From the IMG/VR virus record IMGVR_UViG_3300046513_000348, positions 1 to 64,000 of that record: DNA of 64,000 nt. One strand, 5' to 3'. This document shows positions 37,386 through 47,049 of the stretch, piece by piece (within the stretch, counting starts at the first letter, position 1; every line of letters starts with the position of its first letter). A model generated the notes under the pieces. The model was given only the letters and a program-made list of their open reading frames with translations, searched no databases and was not told the DNA's origin. Position numbers and translations under genes: made by a program.

Positions 37386-39440
37386 TTATTTAAGATCACG
37401 TACTGCCGGATCATCACGATGATACAACTGACCAGTGCCAGCTGCATCGTGAATGACTTCACCAGCCATGAGGACTGCATCCATCGGATGGTCCGGACGA
37501 TTCTTCGTGATGAAGGACTCGACCGAGCTGAAGATGATGGTGTGTTTCTCGAACGCCATCGTAGCCGCAAGAGAACGCATTGCCATCGCACGAGACATGA
37601 CGCCGATGCCATACTTCGACCACGGCTTCGGCATTGCATACTGACCATAAGCAGCGGAACGGATCATGATGCCGTACACAGCCACTTCCACTTGAGCGTG
37701 GTTGATGGTCAGTTCCTTATTCAGGAGCTCGAACGTTTCTTCCAGGAAGGTGTCTGGGTCGATGAGGAGATCGCGCATTTCCTCACGCTTGACTTCCGAC
37801 TCGATATGAGACTTGAAGCCCAGCGAGAAGTCGATAAGACTATCGTTCTTCATCGGCACATAAGCGAACGGCTTGGTCGTATCCCAGCCGCTCATGTCGA
37901 TAACGAAGTTGTTCTTGTTATCGATTTCCCAGTACTTCTCCTTCACGTACTTCAGCATGTCATGACTGAACGACGCCATGCGTTTGCCCGTGCCCAGAAT
38001 CATGGCGAAGCGATCTTCATACATGCCATAATCCACGACCATCGACATCGAACCGATTTCCGTCAGCCGGCTAATCGAAACGCGATCGATATCGTTCAAG
38101 TACATCACGTCAGTCAGGGACTTACCTTCATCGTGACTAATGATGATCTTGAAGTTCTTATCCTTCATGTGTTCCGTGAAGTAATAAGAGACACCGTCTT
38201 TACCCACGCTGAGGTACTTGGCGTTGTCGCCTTCGACCCGCAGCTTTTGCACCACCGAGTTAGCCAGGTAGTGCTTCTTCGACAGCTGGCGCTGAATGAT
38301 GAATGCATACAGGTCAGTGGTCATCAGCTGACCCAGGTTAGTGCGACGTGGGATCGTCAAGCTCATCGCACCCAAGCAGGTTTCACACACACCGTTTGCA
38401 TCGATGTGGGCACAATGGTTAATCGTGCGCATGTGGATGATCTTCTCGTAGAGATGATCATCGTCCACCGTGATCTCGTGCAATTCCTGGTTCGGATCGT
38501 CAGGCATGAAGTAGTACTTACCTGCATGCAGCGCCAGATCACTATCCGTCAAGTTATTGTTGCGCTTGAGGCGAGTGGTCTTGAAGTTCTTCGTACCACA
38601 ATCTCCAGGATGCACCGTCATCAGGATTTCGTTGAGGATCTCCTGACGACGAGACTGGTACACCGCATCTTCCAGCTCGGCCTTGGTCGCTTCGATTGCC
38701 TGGGAGGCTTTACGAGACTCGACCATGTTGTCGTGCAGGGAACGATGACCGTCGGTGTAGTTCGACATCAGCGGATGCTTGAAAATCGAACCATCGATAT
38801 CCTCGATGTAACCGGTCGGCGCAATTGCCTGCACAAGCTGGTTGGTCTTGATAATACCGGCCCTAGCCATACGGACCACCCGGTTGTTCGCGATCTCGGG
38901 AATGTTCGATTTCGCAATGAGCTTCGTGATCTCGTTGGTCGTACCGATAACCGATTCCTCGGTAGGCCGCATCTTGTCGAGCAGCGCTTTGATCTCGGGA
39001 ACTTCGAACAACACGATGACGTCGCCGATCGAAACCGACGAGACGTACGGCTCCATCCAGATGGTCAGCAGGTTGTAGTTGACGTTACCGTACTGATAGA
39101 TCTCCTCCGTCAGTTCTTCAAGCAATTCATAGTCGCCGAAACGACCGTGGCGCTTGTAGGTATTGTAAATGTCCCAGTGAATCACGTTCAGCAGTTCCAT
39201 TGCGGAGTTCTTGTGGAACATCCGTTTCTGGATTGCATGGGACAGGTGATGCTTCATTCGGAGCTCGATGGGACGTTTGCGAATCCAATCCCACAGAGGC
39301 ATCGTGAGGATGGTCTCACGATCATTGGTAAACAGAATCCCGTCGGAGAACTCGAGATAGAATTCTCCGGTCAGGACTTCGCGAAGCTGGCTGTAGGAAT
39401 ACTGCAGCAGTTCCTTCGCTGGGAAGATAAGGTGAGACAT
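37386..39440 (-). CDS. rpoC: Non-virion RNA polymerase beta' C-terminal subunit (phiKZ gp74-like)
   Basis: SRKA...YQSRR...DCGT and RTINHC...VCETCLG beta' motifs. Confidence 0.88.
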   Translation of the reverse strand: MSHLIFPAKELLQYSYSQLREVLTGEFYLEFSDGILFTNDRETILTMPLWDWIRKRPIELRMKHHLSHAIQKRMFHKNSAMELLNVIHWDIYNTYKRHGRFGDYELLEELTEEIYQYGNVNYNLLTIWMEPYVSSVSIGDVIVLFEVPEIKALLDKMRPTEESVIGTTNEITKLIAKSNIPEIANNRVVRMARAGIIKTNQLVQAIAPTGYIEDIDGSIFKHPLMSNYTDGHRSLHDNMVESRKASQAIEATKAELEDAVYQSRRQEILNEILMTVHPGDCGTKNFKTTRLKRNNNLTDSDLALHAGKYYFMPDDPNQELHEITVDDDHLYEKIIHMRTINHCAHIDANGVCETCLGAMSLTIPRRTNLGQLMTTDLYAFIIQRQLSKKHYLANSVVQKLRVEGDNAKYLSVGKDGVSYYFTEHMKDKNFKIIISHDEGKSLTDVMYLNDIDRVSISRLTEIGSMSMVVDYGMYEDRFAMILGTGKRMASFSHDMLKYVKEKYWEIDNKNNFVIDMSGWDTTKPFAYVPMKNDSLIDFSLGFKSHIESEVKREEMRDLLIDPDTFLEETFELLNKELTINHAQVEVAVYGIMIRSAAYGQYAMPKPWSKYGIGVMSRAMAMRSLAATMAFEKHTIIFSSVESFITKNRPDHPMDAVLMAGEVIHDAAGTGQLYHRDDPAVRDLK

Positions 39441-39445
39441 CAGTC

Positions 39446-41743
39446 TTAGCCTTCCTTGTCAAAAAGTTTTCGAAGGGCCTTGATGGCCTTTTGTGCGGTG
39501 GACTTAACTGCCATCGCGACGCGTTTGTCGAACCGTGGCTTGACCTTGATGTGGACTTCACGATCCTTGTTGACGTAAGCATGGCGATGCTCGATGTCGG
39601 GATCCTTATACTTCTGCCACACAAAGCGATAGCCGTTGCAGGTGATGATGTGTTTGAAAAGTTGCAGGGCACGGTTGTTACCCAGCGGGACGTACTTGCG
39701 GTCGACACCTCGTTCGATGTTGGTAGGTTGCGGAGAATCCAGCAGCGAGTAGACGTATTCGCGGTGAGTAGCGAGGCTATTGTTGCGGTCCAGCAGGTCC
39801 GCGGCCACACGACCACCACAGTACGACAGGATGATTCGCAGTTCGGCTTCGGAGATCGCCTTGACTGCCTGCATCTTAGCCGGACTGGAATACTTATCCG
39901 AACTCGTGACTTGACCCAACACACCCATGTGTTGAACCTTTGCCGTTGGCGTAGCGATCCAGTCGTCCGAGATCTTTTCCAGGAGCATGAAGTACTTGTG
40001 TCCCAGTTCGACCTCTTCTTCACTCCAGACCATGTTACCCGAGAAGCCACGATATTGAACACGACTAACACGAGGTTTGAAGTGTTTCTCACATTGCCAC
40101 CAGGCCCAACGCCAAGGCGTCATCTGGTCAGTCGGACTCAGGATGTGAATGCACGGATACTTGAGTAGCCAGGACAAGTGCAGAGCACGCATCTTGGGAT
40201 CATCGAACGTTGCGCTCGAATAGTTCTCGTACATTGCTGGCGACAGGATCTGATACAGATGCGTCAGACGCTTCCATACGTGATCGTAGTCATCCTGATG
40301 CTTCGGCATGTCTTCGAGGATCTGCTTCTCGCTCGGCGCTTCATCTTTCGGGATGTCGAGCGTGGTACGGATCTCGCCCAGGAACTCACGAGTCACCTGG
40401 TTGAAGTACGGTTCGTACAAGCCGCCAAAGTTCTGACGGTTGAACGGCGATTCTGGCGACATGACGACTTCAGCACGAACGCCGAACTCATTCATCGGCA
40501 TGTCTTCATCGTCCATGACCATACAGACAACACCCTTGTCACCTGCACCGCCGGTTGCTTTGTTACCGATGTTCGGAGTGACGGTGTACTTGATCTTGAA
40601 CTCGACGCGCCAGTCATCGATCGGTGCTTTGTGATACAGCTTCTGCACCACGTCGCCGATGTCATAGTCGGTCATTGCACAAGCTTCGAGCACCAGGCGA
40701 TGGAACTCGTCGGTCACGACCATCTTGCCGCCGTGCTTACGATACAGCTCGTTGTACGTGTCCAGGATCTCGCGATAGAAGCGATCCGTCAACTCCTTGT
40801 AGTGTTCCACTTGACTGTTCATGCCGTTTGGCAGCGAACGATTGTCGTGGTACACCATGATGTCGATAACGGTTCCGTTACCGAGATTCATCATGCCATT
40901 GTTCATGGTAGTGAATTCACCAGGAGCACGAGTGTACAGCTTCTCGTCATACATCATGTCGAGCATCATCGTGTCATACAGACCCATGCTCGTCACGCCC
41001 AGTCGCTCATCGTACTCGCGAGTTGCCATCAGCAGACCGTCAGGACGAATGATCTCGCCGACATCACGGAACAGTTTGACCTTGTTCTCGTCGCCGAACA
41101 GATTCAGTGCGAAACGGCTTTGACCCCACGAACCAACTCGGGTCTCGATCATGTCGAACTTCATTTTCTGCAAGGCCGACTTCGAGATCAGAATACCGTC
41201 TTCAGATACCGCTGGATGCGATACATTGCCGAAGACGAGATTCAGCCCAAAGCCATAACCACCACCTTTCTTGACCGATGGCGAAACGAGGAATTCTGTA
41301 CCAGCCTCGAAAACTGCGCCCTTGGTGATTTTATGATACGCATCAGTCTTCCGGTAGGCGAAGCCGAAGTACTGGTGTTCCAGGCTGTGATCGCGGAGAT
41401 CCAGCACGCCGACACGACGAGTGTCGAGTTCGGTATAGATGACGATCGTTTGCGGATTCTTGATCGTCGTGTTGAGGACTCGAGATTTTGGAAAGCGTTC
41501 GATGACACGGTTGATCTCGATATCAGCCGGTGCCTTTACTCCGAACGTGTATTCTCCGAAACGGGCCTCCGTGCCCGTTTGCCAGTAGCGTTCTTCGGAT
41601 CCTGAAAGGACGAGTGCTTGCGGAAGGTGTCCGGCAAACATCACTTTACGAGGACCAGAGTTCACGTCTACCCACGGATCGTTTGCATTGTTCGATAGGA
41701 ACTGTGCGTGCAGTTCGCTGGGATGACGTTCAAGTAGACTCAT
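39446..41743 (-). CDS. rpoB: Non-virion RNA polymerase beta C-terminal subunit (phiKZ gp71-73-like), uninterrupted
   Basis: RKVMFAGHLPQA, GNKATGGAGDKGVV, VMSPESPFNRQNFG; start set at ATG 41743 (GGAACCAAC-ATG); GTG 41782 is the alternative. Confidence 0.9.
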   Translation of the reverse strand: MSLLERHPSELHAQFLSNNANDPWVDVNSGPRKVMFAGHLPQALVLSGSEERYWQTGTEARFGEYTFGVKAPADIEINRVIERFPKSRVLNTTIKNPQTIVIYTELDTRRVGVLDLRDHSLEHQYFGFAYRKTDAYHKITKGAVFEAGTEFLVSPSVKKGGGYGFGLNLVFGNVSHPAVSEDGILISKSALQKMKFDMIETRVGSWGQSRFALNLFGDENKVKLFRDVGEIIRPDGLLMATREYDERLGVTSMGLYDTMMLDMMYDEKLYTRAPGEFTTMNNGMMNLGNGTVIDIMVYHDNRSLPNGMNSQVEHYKELTDRFYREILDTYNELYRKHGGKMVVTDEFHRLVLEACAMTDYDIGDVVQKLYHKAPIDDWRVEFKIKYTVTPNIGNKATGGAGDKGVVCMVMDDEDMPMNEFGVRAEVVMSPESPFNRQNFGGLYEPYFNQVTREFLGEIRTTLDIPKDEAPSEKQILEDMPKHQDDYDHVWKRLTHLYQILSPAMYENYSSATFDDPKMRALHLSWLLKYPCIHILSPTDQMTPWRWAWWQCEKHFKPRVSRVQYRGFSGNMVWSEEEVELGHKYFMLLEKISDDWIATPTAKVQHMGVLGQVTSSDKYSSPAKMQAVKAISEAELRIILSYCGGRVAADLLDRNNSLATHREYVYSLLDSPQPTNIERGVDRKYVPLGNNRALQLFKHIITCNGYRFVWQKYKDPDIEHRHAYVNKDREVHIKVKPRFDKRVAMAVKSTAQKAIKALRKLFDKEG

Positions 41744-41802
41744 GTTGGTTCCAATCGGTTTTAAAAAGTATTGCTTAGCCACTACTAGGCAATATCCAAT
41801 AG

Positions 41803-41810
41803 ATAATATA
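41803..41810 (-). promoter_or_regulatory. Early-type promoter variant upstream of the beta subunit gene
   Basis: TATATTAT, one mismatch to TATATTAC. Confidence 0.45.
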
Positions 41811-41836
41811 TCTCTCTAATATTTTACAGGACTGTT

Positions 41837-42178
41837 ATGCCATCTCTGCTTTCCACGATCGACGGCTTCGGGCCGCAGATCTATTACAGTCAAAAATTCA
41901 GACAGATGATCGAGGATCACCTGTTAACGATTCGTGCCATGCCAACGAACATTGTGCGTGAGCTTGGCGAAGATGAAGGCGCCATTCTCAATCGTTACGT
42001 GGGCGATTTCTACGGTTTCCTGACAGCAATGAACTACGATCGTCGCTATCATTGGACGATCATGCGTATGAACGGTTATCGTTGCCGGTTTGATCTGGAT
42101 CTGACGCTTCAGCGTTTGATTCTGCCAGACTGGTCTTACATCGATAAGCTCGCTCAGCTGTGCAAAGAAAAAAGGTAG
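41837..42178 (+). CDS. Small conserved protein, possibly T4 gp53/LysM-like baseplate protein
   Basis: 113 aa; YVGDFYGFL...YHWTIMRMNG pattern; lone plus-strand gene in the block. Confidence 0.45.
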   Translation: MPSLLSTIDGFGPQIYYSQKFRQMIEDHLLTIRAMPTNIVRELGEDEGAILNRYVGDFYGFLTAMNYDRRYHWTIMRMNGYRCRFDLDLTLQRLILPDWSYIDKLAQLCKEKR

Positions 42179-42190
42179 CAAACAAAAGAA

Positions 42191-42224
42191 AATATACCCA
42201 GTGCCTCACGGCACTGGGTATATT
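42191..42224. terminator. Bidirectional hairpin terminator
   Basis: 15-bp perfect stem, TCAC/GTGA loop, between convergent genes. Confidence 0.8.
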
Positions 42225-42237
42225 CATCTATGCCGGT

Positions 42238-43881
42238 TTAGCGGCGACCACGACCGCGGTAACGGTCACGATCTTCGTAGCGGTCATCGTAACGATCGTC
42301 GTAACGATCGGATACGTAACGGTCACGGAGGTCACGAACACGACGACCATTGCCACGGTCATCGCGGGAATCACGACGACGGCCATGGCGGTCACGATCT
42401 TCTTCGTCACGCAGTGCTGCACGCAGAACTGGGTTATCGTCGAAGATGTCACCACTGCGACGACCTTCACGATCATCACGATCGTCGCGGTCATCACGAT
42501 CATCACGATCACGACGGCTGCGACCACGGTCGCGATCACGGTCATCGTAATCGTCATCGCGATCACGGCTGCGACCACGATCACGATCTCGGTCACGTTC
42601 GCGATAACGACGCTCTTCTTCATCGCGTTCACGACGACGACGATCGCGTTCTTCCTGCTCTTCACGTTCACGCTCGCGACGCTCACGTTCGGCAGCTTCA
42701 CGCTTACGGCGCTCTTCTTCACGCGACAACTCGCTATCGCGCATTACCGTACGACCGCTGCTGACTGCCCGATCAGAACTTGAAGCGGAGTGTGCCTGAT
42801 CGGGCTTGGTCTTTCCCAGGCTGTCCGCCGTCGACGATGAAGTCGCACCGAGAGTCATGCGGCCACGAGGACGAGGAGCTTCTTCCTGTTGAGACGGACG
42901 CTCTTCACGAACTTCTTCGCGACGCACGTCATCCCGACGTTCGCTGCGAGTAGACTCAGGCCGACGCTCTTCTTCGACTTCACCCTCGTCACCGCGGTTG
43001 AGGTTCGGAATCGCACCAGCCAATTTCTCGACCTCGCCTTTGTTGTCGAAGATCTCGATCCAGACGCCCATGTCCTTCGGGAATTCCAGGAGCGAAGGCA
43101 TGTCGACCAGGTTCATGTACGGCTGCGCCGATTCGACCAGCTGATCGACGACTTTGAAGGTTGCACGGATCAGTGCTTCCATGAACGGCGCCGAGTTCGA
43201 GTTGATGCCCGCGTTGTAGGCGTCCTTGTTGTCGATCTCAGGGAAGATGAAGCGATACAGCGCGATCAGCATTTCGCGATCTTTGCCGGAGATCTTCACG
43301 CCATTGATCTTCTCTTCACCAGACATCAACTGCTGATAGATCGGGAAGGTGACGATTGCAGCACGGCCGTAAGTCTGGCCGCCGACCATGCCGCCCTTCT
43401 TGATGAAGATGTTGATGAATTGGTCGAGATCGTTGCGAGCACGAGTCTTCTTTTGCAGATCGTCAAAGCTGCTGACGGTCTTGTCGGACACGAGCTTCAG
43501 GGCATCCAGGACGCGACCTTGTTCGGTGGTCAGGTTTTTCTGGTTAGCCTGATCGTGAGCGATTGCGATCAGTTCCTTCATGAGGTAAGCGATGGACGCG
43601 TTCAGGCGCATCACAAACTGGTCACGCAGGTTTGCCAGGATATCGGAGATACCCAGGTTGTAGGATTCACGCAGCGGGTGGAAGCCGATGCGATTGTCCT
43701 TGCTCTTGATCTTCATCTGCTCACGAGTCGGCAGGAACACGCGTTTCCCGTCGATCGTTGCAGGGCGTTCGTCGTCGCCGATCACCAGCGAGACATAGCC
43801 GTCCTCGTCCACTTTCAGCCAGCCAATGGCCAGCAGGATTTTGTAGTAGTCAAGGACCAAGTCGCGATAACTTTTACTCAT
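42238..43881 (-). CDS. phiKZ gp70 (Nlp1)-like protein with a long Arg/Asp/Glu low-complexity tail
   Basis: 547 aa; position between the PicA-like gene and the beta subunit; last ~200 aa disordered and charge-mixed. Confidence 0.6.
   Translation of the reverse strand: MSKSYRDLVLDYYKILLAIGWLKVDEDGYVSLVIGDDERPATIDGKRVFLPTREQMKIKSKDNRIGFHPLRESYNLGISDILANLRDQFVMRLNASIAYLMKELIAIAHDQANQKNLTTEQGRVLDALKLVSDKTVSSFDDLQKKTRARNDLDQFINIFIKKGGMVGGQTYGRAAIVTFPIYQQLMSGEEKINGVKISGKDREMLIALYRFIFPEIDNKDAYNAGINSNSAPFMEALIRATFKVVDQLVESAQPYMNLVDMPSLLEFPKDMGVWIEIFDNKGEVEKLAGAIPNLNRGDEGEVEEERRPESTRSERRDDVRREEVREERPSQQEEAPRPRGRMTLGATSSSTADSLGKTKPDQAHSASSSDRAVSSGRTVMRDSELSREEERRKREAAERERREREREEQEERDRRRRERDEEERRYRERDRDRDRGRSRDRDDDYDDRDRDRGRSRRDRDDRDDRDDRDDREGRRSGDIFDDNPVLRAALRDEEDRDRHGRRRDSRDDRGNGRRVRDLRDRYVSDRYDDRYDDRYEDRDRYRGRGRR
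42250..42725 (-). repeat. Coding low-complexity repeats (RE, RD, DDR, DRY units)
   Basis: Iterated CGTGAT/CGCGAT/GATCGT units encoding RERERE, RDRDRD, DDRDDRDDR and DRYDDRYDDRY. Confidence 0.8.
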
Positions 43882-43901
43882 TATAATTTTCTCTTCCTAT
43901 T

Positions 43902-45341
43902 TTAAAAACCGAACCCGCGACCGCCGCCACCACCAGCAATATCGCTAGGCAGGAACTCGTCGAAGAGATCGTTGAAGTCACGTCCCATCTTGCGAACGTC
44001 ATCGAGCGAGTCGGTAACGATCGGAGATGCAAGTGCATTGGTAAACACAGGGATAACGAACCGGCCTTGGTTCTTGCCATCCCAGAACATCGTGAAGTCC
44101 ACCTCGCCGAATGCACGGCAAGTTACGTTCAGGCCGACATCGAAGTCGTTACCCGCGGTGATCGGCATCAGGAGCTCATCGATGATGCGATCTTCGAACA
44201 TGTCCAGGAACGGACCCAGCTCCATATCCTTCACGAACGAACGAGCGTTGGACGGAGTGAACGCCCACTTGTGACCGAGTTCCTGGTTGTGCACCTGGAA
44301 GCTGATCTGGTGGATACCGCATTCCATCATCAGTGCCGGGACGGCGATACCGACGAGGGCTGCGATGCGGTCTTCTTCTTCCTGGCCGTCGAGACGGTTG
44401 TACTCGTCGTAACGCGTAATGGCCTTTGCGTCATTGTCCAGCAGCAGCGGATTGGTACGACGCTCTGCATCCGGATCGATCTTCAGCAGGTCGTCGAAGG
44501 TGAAGTTATCCACCGTCACGTTCTTGCCTCGGATGTTCGAGATCTGGCGCAGGAAGATGTCGTCCGATGCATACGACTCTTGCACATAGCCTTGTGCGGT
44601 TGCGTTGATGTCTGCAACTGCATTGCCGTAGTCCGAATTCTCCAAGGCCTTTTGACGGCTATTGAGAACGCTGGCCATGAAGCGCGAGCCCAGGCGGTTG
44701 GAAGTGCTGGACTTGATGGCGTTCTTCGACAGCGTAGTACGCAGATCGGTAACGTCATCGACGAGTTCCATGGTCTGCTCGGAGTCGAGCGACGAGAACA
44801 CGTCTTCAGGACGCATCGTGAACAGACGATCATGGCGACGACGCAGGCCTGCGTTTTCGCGATCCGACAGAACGTCAGCGGTGTGGCTCGGAACGTACAC
44901 ACGCTCGTAACGACCGCTGCGGGTCTTTACGGTTTTCTCGGTGAGCATGAAGGTCGAGTTGACGTAGAACTCCATGTCATGATCGACGTGACGAGTCGTG
45001 AAGCCCACCGAATTGGTGTAGCCCATGATGACTTGCTTCAGGCGATCGCCGGTGCCGACTTCGATCATCAGCGTCAGGATGAAGCGGCCGCGACGGGTAC
45101 CCCAGCCATGCGGGATGTCGATGATGCCACGGGTCTCGTAGTCAGGAACGATGAATTGGTTTGCGATGTTCGCCAGGATGGAAGGAGTGAAACGACGGGA
45201 TTTCGCAAAGCGTTCCTCAATGCGATCAATCACGCCGCCTTTGACTTCGGTAACGTAGGGACGAAGGAACTGATCGGAGTACGTGCCCGATTCGATGATG
45301 TTCAGTTCTTCAACCCAGATTTTCAAGTCTTGCCTTTTCAT
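43902..45341 (-). CDS. picA: Phage-nucleus protein importer PicA/Imp1-like (phiKZ gp69)
   Basis: 479 aa; synteny chmC - sigma-like - picA - gp70 - beta; no diagnostic motif checked. Confidence 0.65.
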   Translation of the reverse strand: MKRQDLKIWVEELNIIESGTYSDQFLRPYVTEVKGGVIDRIEERFAKSRRFTPSILANIANQFIVPDYETRGIIDIPHGWGTRRGRFILTLMIEVGTGDRLKQVIMGYTNSVGFTTRHVDHDMEFYVNSTFMLTEKTVKTRSGRYERVYVPSHTADVLSDRENAGLRRRHDRLFTMRPEDVFSSLDSEQTMELVDDVTDLRTTLSKNAIKSSTSNRLGSRFMASVLNSRQKALENSDYGNAVADINATAQGYVQESYASDDIFLRQISNIRGKNVTVDNFTFDDLLKIDPDAERRTNPLLLDNDAKAITRYDEYNRLDGQEEEDRIAALVGIAVPALMMECGIHQISFQVHNQELGHKWAFTPSNARSFVKDMELGPFLDMFEDRIIDELLMPITAGNDFDVGLNVTCRAFGEVDFTMFWDGKNQGRFVIPVFTNALASPIVTDSLDDVRKMGRDFNDLFDEFLPSDIAGGGGGRGFGF

Positions 45342-45357
45342 GCTTCTTCCTTAAGTT

Positions 45358-46923
45358 TTAAAAGTTGTACAAAGAGAGGAATTCTTTATTCCGCTGCTGT
45401 ACGTGGATGACGTATTCCGCCAATCTGATCCGAATGTCGTACCCCACTCGGTATGTTTTATTTGCAGAGCTTCCTCGGAACTCTGCGATCTGCTCATCGG
45501 AAAGGTTCAGGAACCAGGTGTGATCGGAGAGATCGTCACTCAGCTTCTTAATTTCCTCGATTGCTTCGTTGGTTGGGTTCGCCACCTTCTTGGTCGGATG
45601 TCGACGGTAGAAGGGGTAGAGCTCATTGAGTTTATCGACGAGCGCCTTCGGGATGTGAGCACGAGACTCATTACCGTAAGCACCATACCCTTCGGCATTC
45701 ATGCTGCGTGCAGTTGGAATGCCCGCCAGATCCTTGAAGCCCGTGTTCCAGAGCACGAATTGTGCAATACCGGCCAGGCGCAAGTTACTAGCTTTGTTGA
45801 TGTCCCACAACGCCCTTGCGGAGATGATGGGGCTGACGACCCAGCGGATCAGTTGGATTTGACATTCTTCCACGACATGGGGGCTCAGTTGGTCTGCGCT
45901 TTCCAATGCCCGGTCGAGATCGGCCATTTCCTGTTCCGTCAGTTCGTTCTTCAGCAACAGACGTGCCGCGATCTGGTAGACGTACTCGGTGTACTTCTCC
46001 ACGACCGTGAAGTCGCCAGGTGGAACCAGCGGCTTGTTCTTGTACTTCTCAGCACGAGAAGACGAGTCCTCGGACGAATCGTCCTCACCCGGATTGAGCT
46101 TTTCGAGGATCGCATTCTGATGGCTTTCATTCTGCGACAGCCGATTGCGAAGCGTCTTGTGCACAACCTGTACCAGGTGCGTATCCGTCGGCTCACGCGT
46201 CAGGCTTGCAACCACCAGGAACCGAACCAGGATGTTGGCGATCAGGTTCGTCAAGAACGTTTCCGAACCGATGCCGTTGATGGACGAACGAATGTCGATG
46301 TCGTTCTGCTTGACGTTCTTTGCCACATAGTGGTTCAGACGTTCCATCGCCGGACTCGAAATGAACTTCGTCTTCGAGATCAGGTAGTAAGCATTCAGGT
46401 CACGGAAGGTTGCTCCCGATTCCTTCTTGGTGGCTTCCACGAACTCGCCCCAGATTGGAGAGATGACGCGAAGCTTGATCACCATGAACACCAGTTCCCA
46501 ATAGTCCGAGACCAGATAGGTCTGCTCACGGCTACCAGGCTTTTCGTGCGAATACTTGTACTCGACATCGAGTTCTTCCGGGATCCAGATACCGCCGTGG
46601 AAACGCGTCCAGCGTTCGAAGTCTTCGGTGTCGTGCATATCCAACAGCTCTTCGACAACAGGACGAAGCTGAAGGATCAGGGAATTCACCTGGAAGGTAC
46701 CGTTGAAGATTTCCTTGGCTTCACGATACAACTCGAAGACGCGATCCTGCATCTCCGGATCTTGACGATTCCAGAATTTATTCAGCTGGGTGAAAGGTTC
46801 GTACGATCCTTTCTTAAAGGCCTGTTGGTAGGCTGACCCATTGAACTCGAGCGTTTCACCGCGGTGCTCGACGTGGATCATGCTCAGACCACCACCGCCT
46901 GCATGGAGAAACTTTACTTGCAT
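45358..46923 (-). CDS. Non-virion RNAP promoter-specificity (sigma-like) subunit (phiKZ gp68-like)
   Basis: 521 aa from ATG 46923 (AAGGAG RBS); size and synteny. Confidence 0.7.
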   Translation of the reverse strand: MQVKFLHAGGGGLSMIHVEHRGETLEFNGSAYQQAFKKGSYEPFTQLNKFWNRQDPEMQDRVFELYREAKEIFNGTFQVNSLILQLRPVVEELLDMHDTEDFERWTRFHGGIWIPEELDVEYKYSHEKPGSREQTYLVSDYWELVFMVIKLRVISPIWGEFVEATKKESGATFRDLNAYYLISKTKFISSPAMERLNHYVAKNVKQNDIDIRSSINGIGSETFLTNLIANILVRFLVVASLTREPTDTHLVQVVHKTLRNRLSQNESHQNAILEKLNPGEDDSSEDSSSRAEKYKNKPLVPPGDFTVVEKYTEYVYQIAARLLLKNELTEQEMADLDRALESADQLSPHVVEECQIQLIRWVVSPIISARALWDINKASNLRLAGIAQFVLWNTGFKDLAGIPTARSMNAEGYGAYGNESRAHIPKALVDKLNELYPFYRRHPTKKVANPTNEAIEEIKKLSDDLSDHTWFLNLSDEQIAEFRGSSANKTYRVGYDIRIRLAEYVIHVQQRNKEFLSLYNF

Positions 46924-46962
46924 AACGCTCCTTTTGAAAAATTGTCTAAGTACTTCAATGCA

Positions 46963-46995
46963 GTAATATATCGCTGTATTTTCTTTAAACGATAG
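46963..46995 (-). promoter_or_regulatory. Early promoter
   Basis: Exact TATATTAC (46970-46963), 40 nt before the gp68-like start. Confidence 0.75.
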
Positions 46996-47000
46996 TGTTT

Positions 47001-47026
47001 GCACAGCGGCCCGAAGGCCGCTGTGC
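47001..47026 (-). terminator. Hairpin after the chmC-like gene
   Basis: 11-bp perfect stem with a cUUCGg loop on minus. Confidence 0.6.
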
Positions 47027-47049
47027 TTTGATTAGGTTATGGGTATTGC

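Noticed and set aside
39446-41782. Possible intein or intron in the RNAP beta subunit (also checked beta'-N, both PolB subunits and the helicase)
   Set aside because: The frames are continuous, sizes are near expectation, and no intein splice-junction or LAGLIDADG/HNH motifs were seen.
42250-42725. Periodic repeats that could be a CRISPR array or VNTR
   Set aside because: They are in-frame coding repeats for Arg/Asp/Glu dipeptides, with no constant repeat and unique spacer structure.
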